From a virus, in IMG/VR virus record IMGVR_UViG_3300035694_000088: a stretch of DNA of 64,000 bases; one strand, written 5' to 3'. Numbering within the stretch: the first letter of the stretch is position 1; each line of letters opens with the position of its first letter. The notes beneath the pieces are model-generated. The model had not been told where the DNA came from and made no database searches. It saw only the letters and a list, made by a program, of their open reading frames with translations. Both the position numbers and the translations under genes were made by a program. Below, piece by piece: positions 46,598-56,514 of this stretch.

Positions 46598-47119
46598 CCG
46601 GGCCACCACGGTGAACGTCGCGGGCAGTTTGCGGTGGCGACCCGGCTTATTCTCACCATTGACTCTGGCCACCCACGCCGGGGGCAACTCGATAGGTACG
46701 GTCATAGCCACCTTCGACGACGCCCCCCGGCGCAAAGGAAACCGGGGCAGTCGGGCGACCAGCGCACCCAGGCCACCACAAACGTTAATCATCGTGGCCC
46801 CGCTGTCGGGGAATCGTCGCGTAGGCGGGCGGATCAACGGGGGCGTCGAGGCGCCCGTGGTACCCGTAGAACGTTTCGGCCACGACGAGATCGGCCAATT
46901 CTTGGGGCAGGACTGTACGGGGCGTGTCATCACAGGGGTTCATTCTCGAATGTGACCATGCCAAGAGTAACGAGGCAATCACCTACAGGTGCCCCCCTGT
47001 CGCGACGCTGCGTGATCGGTGTGTCGGGGCCAAGAGGGGACTCCGACCGCATAGGGTGGCGCCGTCGATCACCCCGGGCTCTCCGGTGACCCCGCACGGA
47101 TCGGAGGCCCCGCCACCTC

Positions 47120-48985
47120 ATGGCAGCCGGTCAGATCCGCCTCACCGGACCACAGGTCGCCCAACTGGTCGTCGAGGCCAACTTCCCACCGGCCGACCGG
47201 GTCACGATGGTCGCCATCGCCAAAGCCGAGTCCGGGTGGACCGTCGACGCCGTGAATACCGCAAACACCAACGGCACCGTCGATAGAGGGCTTTTCCAAA
47301 TAAACAGTGTGCACTCGCAATACAATGCGCAGCAGCTCCTTTCCGACCCCCGATACAACACTAAAGCCGCGAAAGACATTTACGACGGGCAAGGACTGAA
47401 AGCGTGGTCAACCTATAACGCCGGGGCGCATACCCCCTACATGGCCGAATCCGCCCAAGCGTTGGCCAACGCCGGGGGACTCACCGGCCTGCCCCCCGTG
47501 CCCGGCTCGGACCCCGCGAGCCAAACCGTGGTCTATGGCCCGCTCGGTGGGGAGGAGGTGCGCGCGGGCAAAGCGTTCCCCCTGGAGTTCAACACCCCCA
47601 CCGCCGACGGGTCGATCGGGATCATCCGCATCATGGGCACCCAGATCGCCGACAGCATCGGCCTGAAAATCATCGGGTCGCCCACCTTTCGGGCCGCCAT
47701 GGATCAAGTCCCGCACATCACCTTTAGCGTCATCGACCCCGGCTACACCAACGCCAGCAAAAAACTGTTCACCCCCGGCAACCTGGTGACCTGGCGCGAC
47801 GCGTCCCTGCGCACCGACACCGTGTCTTACGTGCCCGGCGAGCACGGGCAAGGCCAGGCCGACGTCACCGCCGAAGACGACATCGTCCACGCCCTGAAGC
47901 AATTACGCGGACCGCACACCGCCAGCAACATCGACGCCGTGACGTGGCTGTTTCAGGAGATCTCCACGGTCGGGTTCGATCCGACGAAGTTCCTGCTCGG
48001 CGAGTCGGTGCCCACCCAAACCACCATCGCCCGCGACATTTGGGATCCGTCCATGGGGGTGGTCGCCGACACTGAGTTCCCGTCGGCGTGGACGACCATC
48101 GTGCGCCTGGCCCGCGAGCTGGGCAAGTGGGTGTTCGTCTCCGGGCGCCGGATCATTTTCGGTTCCGCGCAGTTCGCGATGGCCTGGGCAGCCGCCACGC
48201 CGGTGCGCATCGGCTGGGACGGCGCCCCGCCGACGGAGTCGTTCATCACCATGCCCACCACGGTGCGCGCCACCATCGCCGACCGGGTGCAAACGTTGCA
48301 GGTCAAGGGGCGAGTGCCGCACGCCCGCGCAGCACTGTTCCGTCCCGGTGTCCCGGTGGACGTCTACGGGATTCTCGGCATCGACAACACCCCGTCGATT
48401 AACAAACCCAACACTTTCGCGGCCCCGATTCGCATGGTCGTCTCCGATCTCGAACACGTGCTGGCCACTGACACCGACGGCGCCGACGTGACCCTGATCG
48501 AGCCGGTCAACCCCATTCCGCAACCCCCCGGGCAGACGAACAACCCCAACGCCCCCGGTGGTCCCGGTGGCGCGGTCGGGGTGACCGGTGGCGGTGCTGA
48601 CGGGCAGGTGGAGACGTTCGTGCGCAACGCCCTGCAAGAGACCGGCAAGACATACGTTTACGGCGCCACCCCGGCCGCGTCGGACCCCAACCCGCGCGCT
48701 TTCGACTGCTCGTCGCTGGTGCAGTGGGCGGCGACGCGGGCCGGGATTCTGGGTTGCCCGCGCACGTCAGAGCAGCAAATCGCCTGGTGTGACCAGATCA
48801 GTGTGCCGACGGCAATCAACACTCGGGGGGCGCTGCTGCACCAGCCTGGGCACATCGCCATCTCGCTCGGCAACGGACGCACGATCGAAGCCAGCCAGGA
48901 CGGGGTTCCGGTGGGGCAGCTCAACGCCACCGGTCGCAAGTGGGACCTGGGCGGCAAGCTCAAAGGTGCGAAGGGCTACCTGTGA
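47120..48985 (+). CDS. baseplate hub with N-terminal lysozyme-like transglycosylase and C-terminal NlpC/P60
   Basis: AIAKAESG...DRGLFQINS; YVYGA...FDCSSLVQWA...RTS..Q...GHIAI. Confidence 0.85.
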   Translation: MAAGQIRLTGPQVAQLVVEANFPPADRVTMVAIAKAESGWTVDAVNTANTNGTVDRGLFQINSVHSQYNAQQLLSDPRYNTKAAKDIYDGQGLKAWSTYNAGAHTPYMAESAQALANAGGLTGLPPVPGSDPASQTVVYGPLGGEEVRAGKAFPLEFNTPTADGSIGIIRIMGTQIADSIGLKIIGSPTFRAAMDQVPHITFSVIDPGYTNASKKLFTPGNLVTWRDASLRTDTVSYVPGEHGQGQADVTAEDDIVHALKQLRGPHTASNIDAVTWLFQEISTVGFDPTKFLLGESVPTQTTIARDIWDPSMGVVADTEFPSAWTTIVRLARELGKWVFVSGRRIIFGSAQFAMAWAAATPVRIGWDGAPPTESFITMPTTVRATIADRVQTLQVKGRVPHARAALFRPGVPVDVYGILGIDNTPSINKPNTFAAPIRMVVSDLEHVLATDTDGADVTLIEPVNPIPQPPGQTNNPNAPGGPGGAVGVTGGGADGQVETFVRNALQETGKTYVYGATPAASDPNPRAFDCSSLVQWAATRAGILGCPRTSEQQIAWCDQISVPTAINTRGALLHQPGHIAISLGNGRTIEASQDGVPVGQLNATGRKWDLGGKLKGAKGYL

Positions 48986-49968
48986 GCATGCAACTGGCCG
49001 ACTTCGGCACCCTGCACCGGGCGATCGTCAACTCGGTCACCGCCAACGGGGTCATCGTGGAGATCCCCACGTTGGCGCCCAACGCCCCGTGGGGGCCGAT
49101 ACCGACCTGCGTACCAAACTTGGCCCCCGGCGAAGCGGTGGTTTGTGCGCAGATCTCCACCTCCCGCGACACTCTGATCATTGTGGGCCGGGTGCCGGGC
49201 CGGGCGCCGACGATCGCCGAGATCGCCACCCTGGCCACCACATTGACGAACATTCAGAACGCGGCGACCGCGCTGACCGGGCGAGTAACCACCACTGAGA
49301 CCAACATCGCGACCAACACCGCCGCGATCACCGCGTTGCAGGGCCGGGCGACCACTGACGAAGCGAACATCACCACCAACACCACGGCGATCGCCGCGCA
49401 CGGCACGCGTTTGACCACCGATGAAACGAATATCACCACCAACACCACGGCGATCGCCGCTGCGAACACCGCCGCGACCGCTCTGGCCGCGCGGGTGACC
49501 ACCCTGGAGGACACCACGCGGATCGGGGCGACCCGGTATGTCTTCCAGGCCGCTGACACGGCGGGGATCACCAACCAAACAACTCCGCAGGCGACGAGTC
49601 TGACGTTGCCGGTACTGGCGGGCGCGACGTACGAGTGGGAGGCGCTGATCATTGTCAACGCCCAGCCCGCCGCCAACTGTAAGATCACTTTCGCGGTGCC
49701 GACGGGCACGGCCGTGCCCCGTGTCGCCCCGTGGTTCTCCGGCGATCCGGCAGGCAACGCCGCGATCTGGCACGACGTATTCGACGGCTCCACCTACGTC
49801 ATGGGCGGCAAGACCGGTGGCGGCATGATGTCGTCACGCCCATGCGGTGGGATCATCATCGGCACCACCGCTGGCAACTTCGCCATCCAGTACAGCCAGA
49901 ACGTCTCCGACCCGTCGAGTGTCGTATTCAACGCCGGGTCGAAACTGAAAATGACCCGGGTCGCTTGA
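48982..49968 (+). CDS. baseplate spike-like protein with coiled-coil repeats
   Basis: N-terminal gpV-like segment; three 21-aa T.E.NI.TNT.AI.A repeats at about 49290-49500. Confidence 0.65.
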   Translation: MSMQLADFGTLHRAIVNSVTANGVIVEIPTLAPNAPWGPIPTCVPNLAPGEAVVCAQISTSRDTLIIVGRVPGRAPTIAEIATLATTLTNIQNAATALTGRVTTTETNIATNTAAITALQGRATTDEANITTNTTAIAAHGTRLTTDETNITTNTTAIAAANTAATALAARVTTLEDTTRIGATRYVFQAADTAGITNQTTPQATSLTLPVLAGATYEWEALIIVNAQPAANCKITFAVPTGTAVPRVAPWFSGDPAGNAAIWHDVFDGSTYVMGGKTGGGMMSSRPCGGIIIGTTAGNFAIQYSQNVSDPSSVVFNAGSKLKMTRVA

Positions 49969-49977
49969 CGGTGCGTT

Positions 49978-50004
49978 GTAACGCTGCGGCGCCCAGCGCG
50001 ATAC
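49978..50004 (+). promoter_or_regulatory. candidate ECF promoter GTAAC-N16-CGATAC
   Basis: Intergenic, 50 nt upstream of 50054. Confidence 0.5.
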
Positions 50005-50053
50005 ACCGAGTGTTCGGCCAGTTCCGGCCAACCCGACCTGAAGGAGAACCACC

Positions 50054-50392
50054 ATGTCCGACGCAACACCATTCGACGCGCCCCTGCCCGCCACGGCCGC
50101 GCCCGTCTACATCACGCCCGCCACGGCGCCCGCCCCATCGAACGGCCTGGGCGTGTCAGCGCTCGTGCTCGGAATCGTGGGTGTCGTACTAGCTTGGGTG
50201 CCGTTCCTGGGTTTCATCCTGGGAGTCCTGGCCACCGTATTCGGCGCCGTCGGACTGTCCTACGCCCGCAAAGGTAAGGCCACCAACAAGGGCATGGCGA
50301 TCGCCGGGCTCGTGCTGGGCATCATCGCCATCGTGTTCTGGCCGCTGGTCTTAGGCACGATCGTCGCCAGCGTGCCGCCCGTGACCCCCTGA
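50054..50392 (+). CDS. DUF4190-like membrane protein (moron)
   Basis: NGLGVSALVLGI...G.V.L....K....GMAIAGLVLG; AAGGAG RBS; has its own promoter and terminator. Confidence 0.8.
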   Translation: MSDATPFDAPLPATAAPVYITPATAPAPSNGLGVSALVLGIVGVVLAWVPFLGFILGVLATVFGAVGLSYARKGKATNKGMAIAGLVLGIIAIVFWPLVLGTIVASVPPVTP

Positions 50393-50399
50393 CCCGCTC

Positions 50400-50439
50400 C
50401 GCAAACGCCCCACCGGCACTTCCAGGTGGGGCGTTTGCG
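50400..50439 (+). terminator. hairpin terminator
   Basis: CGCAAACGCCCCACC-10nt-GGTGGGGCGTTTGCG perfect 15-bp stem. Confidence 0.75.
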
Positions 50440-50483
50440 CGCGCCCGCCCGAAGATCACCGCCAGACATGCCAGGATGCCCGC

Positions 50484-50804
50484 GTGGCGGCTGTGTGGGA
50501 TTTTCCGTTCGGGCTAGGCCCCGGTGGTGCCGTGGCCGTGGTCGACCAGGACTCCGACAAGGACATCGAGAATCAGATAGCCGCAGCCCTGCTCACCAGA
50601 CCCGGTGAACGCATCCAAGCACCCACGTTCGGGATCTCCGACCCGGCGTTCGCCGGATGGGAGGCCCCAGCCCTGGCCCGACACCTGCTCGACTTCGGTC
50701 CGCATGTCGACGTGACCTCAGTGATCGTGGCCCGGCGTGGCGGGGACGCCCGTGGCGACCGCGAAGAGGTCGCAGTGTCCTGGACTCGGCGGGAGACCGT
50801 GTGA
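50484..50804 (+). CDS. baseplate wedge / sheath initiator (gp25/GPW-like)
   Basis: I...LLTRPGERI..PTFG. Confidence 0.8.
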   Translation: MAAVWDFPFGLGPGGAVAVVDQDSDKDIENQIAAALLTRPGERIQAPTFGISDPAFAGWEAPALARHLLDFGPHVDVTSVIVARRGGDARGDREEVAVSWTRRETV

Positions 50805-51961
50805 GCGCGCCTCTAATTAGGCCCCCGGTCGACCTAGGCGCCTACGTCGACCTGCGAGTTTTCGACGTCCCAGACCAAGATCTGATCTCGGCGATGACCG
50901 CCTACTACGGGATCGTCAACCCCGGGTGGGTGCCCCGCGAAGGCAACACCGAAGTGTTGCTGATGGAAGTGATCGCCCTGGCGATCGCCGAGAACGTCGC
51001 CACGATCAACCGACTGCCCGGCGCCGTCGTCGAAGCCGTCCTGCACCTCGCCGGGGTGGATCGGGATTTCGGTGCCCCCGCCGTGGCCACCGCCACGATC
51101 AACCTCGCCGACGGTCTGGGTTACACCATTCCGACCGGCACCCGCTTCTACCTACCCCTGGCCACGGGCACGGTGGTGTTCCTAGCACAGGCCCCCGACA
51201 CTCAGATCGCCCCCGGGGCGACCAGCGCCACGATCAATCTCATTTCTCAGATCAACACCGCCGCCGCCAACGGGGTGCTCGCCGGTACCCGGCTTGTGCT
51301 CGCCGATCAGTTGTCCATGGTGCAGACCGTGGTGTTGGCGTCGACGGTGGCCAGTGGTCGTGACCCGGAGACCGACGCCGCGTGGCGTGATCGTGGCGTG
51401 GCCCGGCTGCAACGCCTTTCCGACGCGCTGGTGGTGCCAACCCAGTTCAATGCGTTCATCGACGAGGACGTGCGCGTGGGCCGGGTCATGACCGTGGACC
51501 TGTGGGACGGGTCGGTGGGCACCCCCGGCGCGGTCGGCTCCAATCCGGGGCACATCACCTCCTGCGTGCTCGATCCCACCGGGCTACCGTTGAGCACCCC
51601 GACGTTGACCGACCTCCAAGCCCAGGCGCAAGCCAAATCGGCCGCCATGCTGGCCGTGCACGTCATCAACGCCACCCTGGACACCATCGCGGTGGTGGCC
51701 AGTATTCGTACCGCAGCGGGCTTCGTGGCCGCGACCGTGGCCGCGTCGGTGACCTCGGTGATCCGCAACTACATCAACCCGCTGACGTGGGCGGCGGGGG
51801 CACCCCTGCGACACAATGAGTTCATCTCGGTCATCGACCAGACCCCCGGTGTCGACTACGTGGTCAGTGTGACCCTCAACGGCGGCACGGGTGACGTCGC
51901 GGCGAGCACCCCCCGGTCACTGCCCCAGGCGGGGACGGTCACTGTCACGGAGGCTCCGTGA
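50801..51961 (+). CDS. baseplate J-like protein
   Basis: GYTIPTGTRF, GRDPETD..WR.R, I..YINPL.W..G..LR. Confidence 0.85.
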   Translation: MSAPLIRPPVDLGAYVDLRVFDVPDQDLISAMTAYYGIVNPGWVPREGNTEVLLMEVIALAIAENVATINRLPGAVVEAVLHLAGVDRDFGAPAVATATINLADGLGYTIPTGTRFYLPLATGTVVFLAQAPDTQIAPGATSATINLISQINTAAANGVLAGTRLVLADQLSMVQTVVLASTVASGRDPETDAAWRDRGVARLQRLSDALVVPTQFNAFIDEDVRVGRVMTVDLWDGSVGTPGAVGSNPGHITSCVLDPTGLPLSTPTLTDLQAQAQAKSAAMLAVHVINATLDTIAVVASIRTAAGFVAATVAASVTSVIRNYINPLTWAAGAPLRHNEFISVIDQTPGVDYVVSVTLNGGTGDVAASTPRSLPQAGTVTVTEAP

Positions 51962-52260
51962 CGGTCGCTGACTTCATTCCCGAGGATGACTGGATCGACA
52001 TCGGCAACGATTGCGCGATCGTGTTCACCACCTGGAATCGGCACATCCACGCGGGACTGATCCACTCCCATCAGCGCCCGGACAATGGACAGCCCTGCGC
52101 GGGCGCGATCATGTTCGACCTGCCCGGGGCGGCGGAAGCGTTCCCCGGGCGCCCATTGTGGACGCTGGTGAGCTTGGACCCGCTGACCTTGTCGCCGTCG
52201 CTGCTGTGCAGTTGCGGGCATCACGGGCACATTCAGGGCGGTAAGTGGGTGCCCTGTTGA
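51958..52260 (+). CDS. DUF6527-like small Cys/His protein
   Basis: DPLTLSPSL.C.CGHHG.I..GKW..C. Confidence 0.65.
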   Translation: MTVADFIPEDDWIDIGNDCAIVFTTWNRHIHAGLIHSHQRPDNGQPCAGAIMFDLPGAAEAFPGRPLWTLVSLDPLTLSPSLLCSCGHHGHIQGGKWVPC

Positions 52261-53456
52261 CCACCGCCATCCCCACCTTGCCCCCGGCGCCGGTCGTCAA
52301 CCACTTCGCGGCGCGGGTCTTCGCCCGACTCCCGCAGGCGTACCAGGTTTTCGACGCCAACTCCGGGTATCCGTTCCTGCTCTACATCGACGCCGTGACC
52401 CGCAAGCTGGGTGACATCGACGTCGTCATTGACCGGATCACCGGGCAGCGTCCGGTGGGTCCGGCGTCGCCGGTGCCGTGGTCCCTGCATCCGTCGGTGG
52501 TGGCCGACTACAACGCTAACCGGGTGTTGCGCTGGTCCGAGCTGGCCGACCCGCTCGCTGCGGACCCGGGGTGGTTGCCGTGGCTGGTGCAGCTCGTGGG
52601 AGGTCACCTCGATCCGGCCGCCTCAGTGGCCGAGCAGCGCGACACGATCCGTTACGCCACCTCGGGGTGGCAGGCCGGTACCGCAGCGAGCATCGAGTAC
52701 GCGGCCCGATCAGCGTTGACCGGTTCGCAGTACGCGCGGTGCATCCCGCACATGATCGAGGGCGGGGCCGCTGGCGGCCCCTGGGATGTTGCGATCATGA
52801 CCCGGTCGTCGGAAACCCCGGACCCGACACTGGTGCTGGGCGCGATCCTGCGCAAGGGCGTCAAACCGGCCGGGGTGATCTTGCATCACGTGCCGTTCGG
52901 GGCGTCGTGGGACAAGCTGGAATCCGTTCGACCCACCTGGGACCTGTGGGAGTCCGACACGTTCGGTGCCGTGTCGTGGGACCGCCTGGCCGACACGGGC
53001 CTGTCCTACGCTGATGTGCCCGGCAACCTCGTGCCCAACGCCTCCTACGAGGCGAACGTCACCGGCTGGACGGCGGGGGCGAACACCACGACAGCGTGGC
53101 TGACCGGGGGCGTCGACGGGCTAGGCCAGTGTCGCCTGACCGCGACCGCCGCTGGACAGATCAAGGTCACCTCGGGGACGTTCCCGGTGACCGCGCTGCT
53201 CGACTACCGCTCGGCGTGCTCGGTGAACCCCTCCAATACGCGCACCGGTCGCCTGATCCGCACGTGGTCGACGGGGGCGACAGTGACCAGCCCCGACTTC
53301 ACCGTCGCGGCCGGGGTGTGGACGCGGGTGCCGCAGTTCATTGCGACCGCACCGACGGGGGCGACCACGGCGAGCGTGTCCCTTCAGGTCGATGGGATGG
53401 GTGCGGGGGAGACCCTGCTGGTGGATGCGTGGGATGCTCGCGCGTATCACGGTTGA
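52245..53456 (+). CDS. baseplate wedge (gpI-like) with C-terminal CBM-like domain
   Basis: LPQAY...D, WLPWL.QLVG, GT...IE.AA; GNLVPNASYE..VTGW. Confidence 0.75.
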   Translation: MGALLTTAIPTLPPAPVVNHFAARVFARLPQAYQVFDANSGYPFLLYIDAVTRKLGDIDVVIDRITGQRPVGPASPVPWSLHPSVVADYNANRVLRWSELADPLAADPGWLPWLVQLVGGHLDPAASVAEQRDTIRYATSGWQAGTAASIEYAARSALTGSQYARCIPHMIEGGAAGGPWDVAIMTRSSETPDPTLVLGAILRKGVKPAGVILHHVPFGASWDKLESVRPTWDLWESDTFGAVSWDRLADTGLSYADVPGNLVPNASYEANVTGWTAGANTTTAWLTGGVDGLGQCRLTATAAGQIKVTSGTFPVTALLDYRSACSVNPSNTRTGRLIRTWSTGATVTSPDFTVAAGVWTRVPQFIATAPTGATTASVSLQVDGMGAGETLLVDAWDARAYHG

Positions 53457-53710
53457 TCGTCGGCACCCCCCGATACACTGCCCGCAATGGTCGCGTGGGG
53501 GTCAAGGTCGGCTCTCACGAAGTAAGTTCGGGCGCTGCTTTTCGGTACCGATTAAGGTTCGTTCGGCCGGGTTCCTGTTGGTGAGAGGCTCCTTACCGGC
53601 TGAAGCACAACCGCCGTTGGCGCGGTGGTTGCCATGAACGTTCCTGCCCCCCGCGACCTTCCCAGCGTGTCACTCCCAGCGCGAGCACACCGGCCTGACA
53701 CGATCACGCG

Positions 53711-55480
53711 GTGACGGTGACCCGGACAACCCGCGTGAGCCTTGAGCAGTGGGGCTCTGGCAGCGACTCCCCGTCGCGCACCGGGTTCAATCAAGACCTC
53801 GCCAACATCGAGGCGAAAGTCGCCATCGACCAGCGCACTCCGGCCGCCGCACTGCCCACCGCCGCCACCGTGCTGCCGGTCGGGGGCACGACACCACTGG
53901 TGTCGGCGGAGCTGTTTCAGCGGACCTTGGACCTCGGTGGCGGCGTCACCGCCTACGGCCTGTACCGCACCGACGCGGGTGGAACCTGGCGCGCGCAGTC
54001 GTGGATACCGGAGCGGCTGCTGGTCCGGCCGCCCGACGCTGTTCCGGCTGTCGGCGCCGAGGCGCTGCGGGTGGAGCACACCGGGGTTGCCAACGGGCCC
54101 GGCCTGTCGGTGTCCTGGGATGGTGGGGCGACGCTGCGCCGCCAGTTGATCCTGGGTGGCACCGCCGACCCGTCTGTTGGTCGACTTTCAGTCGGTGGCT
54201 TGGATTCAATGCCAGCGGCGGTTCGCGCGAGAATCACCCCGACCGGCGCCGAGCGCGGCCTGGAAATCAAGGCCGGGGACGTCAATGTCACCGAGTTGCT
54301 GCGCCTGATCGAGGTCGGCGGGTCCACGGTGCTCACGGTGACCGCCGCTGGCCAGTTGTCCAGCTCGCAGGGCGCGGCGTTCGGTGGCACCCCACCAGCG
54401 ATATCGGCGGCGCTGGCGATCGCCCCCAACGCGGTGGGTGCGATCAACACCGGCCTGTTGGGTTACGGGCAGGAAACGGCGCAGTCGCGGGCGATATGGC
54501 AGGTCAACCGGTATCAGCCGGGCGGCTCGGACACTGCCGCGATCTTGTCGGTGCTGCCGAACTACATCACCATCGGCCGCACGGGGGCGTGGTCGGGTGG
54601 TGCGATCGACTTGGGTGCACCCACGATGCGCGTGTTCACTCCGCGCCTGGCGTGGTTCCCTGATTTCGGGTCGGTCGCCGGGGAGGCGGGGTTTGCACCG
54701 TTCCCGAGCTTCACCGGTTACGGCGGGTTCGACAGTGTCAACGGTTCCTATTCCACGATCGGAACCCAGTTTAATAACTTCGGCAACCCCGCCAATGACG
54801 CCTCGCATTTCGCGTCGTATTCTTCGGCCCCAGCGGTGTGGTCGGGTGACATTCTGCGGGGGTATCAGGCGGAGTTGATCTCCGGGGCACCCGATTTGGC
54901 TTTGGTGACCCGCATCGACCCGCAGGGGCGAATGTCGTCCAACGCGTCGTGGCGGGGCAGTGGCGGGAAGCCCGCCCAGTTGCGGGATGTGCGCCAGGGC
55001 GTGGTGCACACGTCGAAGAAAATATGGGTTGTTCCGGGGGATTACCCGGATGGCCAGTTCATTGGAAGCAACGGATCGTTTACCTACGACTGGCCAACGA
55101 TGACGGTGCGGTCTTCGTCGATCACGCAGCTTGAGGTCGAAATGCGGATGGAGGCCCTGTTCTTTAAGCAAAATTCGGGCGCCAACCCTGACCGGCAAGT
55201 CTTGCAGATCCGTTGGTATTACCAGATCGCCGGGGGTTCGTGGACGCTAGCCGACACTGACTACCAGGAGGCCGCATCTCTGGTCGCGGATTCGCAGTGG
55301 CCGCAGGCGCCGGGGGTGCAGAACACGTGGACGGTGGTCATTCCTGTCACCGCCGCTGCCGGTACGACGTTCCGCATGCGTTTCCAGGCACTGCTCTACG
55401 CCTACGCCAGTGACGCCCGGCTGCGTCGGGCGGACCTGAAAGTCAGGGAATCAATTGTCGAGACCTATACGGCGGCCTGA
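53711..55480 (+). CDS. tail fibre / receptor-binding protein
   Basis: TTRVSLEQW..G.D.PSR..FN fibre-type start; G/S-rich beta sequence; position. Confidence 0.7.
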   Translation: MTVTRTTRVSLEQWGSGSDSPSRTGFNQDLANIEAKVAIDQRTPAAALPTAATVLPVGGTTPLVSAELFQRTLDLGGGVTAYGLYRTDAGGTWRAQSWIPERLLVRPPDAVPAVGAEALRVEHTGVANGPGLSVSWDGGATLRRQLILGGTADPSVGRLSVGGLDSMPAAVRARITPTGAERGLEIKAGDVNVTELLRLIEVGGSTVLTVTAAGQLSSSQGAAFGGTPPAISAALAIAPNAVGAINTGLLGYGQETAQSRAIWQVNRYQPGGSDTAAILSVLPNYITIGRTGAWSGGAIDLGAPTMRVFTPRLAWFPDFGSVAGEAGFAPFPSFTGYGGFDSVNGSYSTIGTQFNNFGNPANDASHFASYSSAPAVWSGDILRGYQAELISGAPDLALVTRIDPQGRMSSNASWRGSGGKPAQLRDVRQGVVHTSKKIWVVPGDYPDGQFIGSNGSFTYDWPTMTVRSSSITQLEVEMRMEALFFKQNSGANPDRQVLQIRWYYQIAGGSWTLADTDYQEAASLVADSQWPQAPGVQNTWTVVIPVTAAAGTTFRMRFQALLYAYASDARLRRADLKVRESIVETYTAA

Positions 55481-55482
55481 TC

Positions 55483-55716
55483 ATGGAATACGAGAATCTG
55501 ACCGGGAAAGACATCAACGCACTGCGGGCTGAGCGGATCACCCTCTTGGAGGGTGAGCATTTTCGGCTCGCGTTGCGCCGTGAGGAGGCTGTGGAGGTCG
55601 CCGAGTTCGAGGCGTTGAGCGCGCAGATGGTGGAGCTGGAGCGGCGCATCGGTCTGCACCGGGGGCAGGGCGCCCCCGTGCTCTCAGAATCCGAGTCGGC
55701 CGATGTCCAAGCCTGA
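55483..55716 (+). CDS. small helical protein (possible fibre chaperone)
   Basis: Directly follows the fibre gene. Confidence 0.6.
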   Translation: MEYENLTGKDINALRAERITLLEGEHFRLALRREEAVEVAEFEALSAQMVELERRIGLHRGQGAPVLSESESADVQA

Positions 55717-56140
55717 CGAAACGTCGGCCCCGGCAGCATCGACTCAGCCGACCGTGAGCCGGGAATGGCCTCCTGGTCCGACGGTGTTCATTACCGCCGT
55801 CCTGTTCGCCTTCGGGCTGGCCCTGGTGTTCCAGGCTAGTCGGTGGGCTCGCACCCCCGCTTATGGGAACCTGCTGAACATCCTGCTCGCGCCCACCTGG
55901 GGGTATGTCTATCTCGCAGTCGCGGCATTGATGGTATTAGCGATGGTCTTTTGGACATACGGCCAGTTGAGCGTAGCAGCGCATACCGCAGCGTTCGCTC
56001 TACTGCTCGTATGGGAGGCGGCTTTTTTCATCCGGTACCGCACTGATTCGGCGACCACCGTCGCCAATGTGCTTTCATGGTTGGCCTATCTTTATATCCT
56101 TCTGCTGTCCGCTAAGCTCAGCAAGCGGCACTCTCAGTGA
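55703..56140 (+). CDS. four-TM membrane protein
   Basis: Hydrophobic segments; start of lysis-associated block. Confidence 0.7.
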   Translation: MSKPDETSAPAASTQPTVSREWPPGPTVFITAVLFAFGLALVFQASRWARTPAYGNLLNILLAPTWGYVYLAVAALMVLAMVFWTYGQLSVAAHTAAFALLLVWEAAFFIRYRTDSATTVANVLSWLAYLYILLLSAKLSKRHSQ

Positions 56141-56514
56141 ATGCCACCGTACTCACCACCGTGATAGGACTCGTCATCACTGCTGTTGCCACGATTGGGT
56201 TCCCCCTTTACCTCAATCGCAGCAGGACTACCACTACCGCAGTCGCGCAGGAGTCGGTCGACAGCCGCGAGGTAGCGAGGATGTTCAAGGGGGAAAGAGA
56301 CCGACTTCAGCTTCGGCTGGACACGATGCAGGCCGACTATGAACGACGGATGGCGGCGTTGCGCGTGGAGAATGCTCAGGCCATGGCCGTAATGAAGGCG
56401 ACCTGGGACAGTCAACATGAGCGGGACCAGACTCAGATCACCGAACTGCGCGCTGAGCTTCAGGGAGTTTACCGCCAGTTGTACCAGCAGAATCCGCCAC
56501 CTCGTTCACCGTGA
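56137..56514 (+). CDS. TM plus coiled-coil protein (holin-associated type)
   Basis: N-terminal TM, heptads, GTGA overlaps. Confidence 0.7.
   Translation: MNATVLTTVIGLVITAVATIGFPLYLNRSRTTTTAVAQESVDSREVARMFKGERDRLQLRLDTMQADYERRMAALRVENAQAMAVMKATWDSQHERDQTQITELRAELQGVYRQLYQQNPPPRSP

Noticed and set aside
46598-47119. Small minus-strand ORFs (e.g. 46785..46943) between LysM and hub genes
   Set aside because: No clear RBS or promoter and no motifs; cannot be distinguished from non-coding DNA.
40323-55480. Stand-alone contractile injection system or tailocin
   Set aside because: Portal, capsid, neck and a full tape measure are present, so this is a phage tail.
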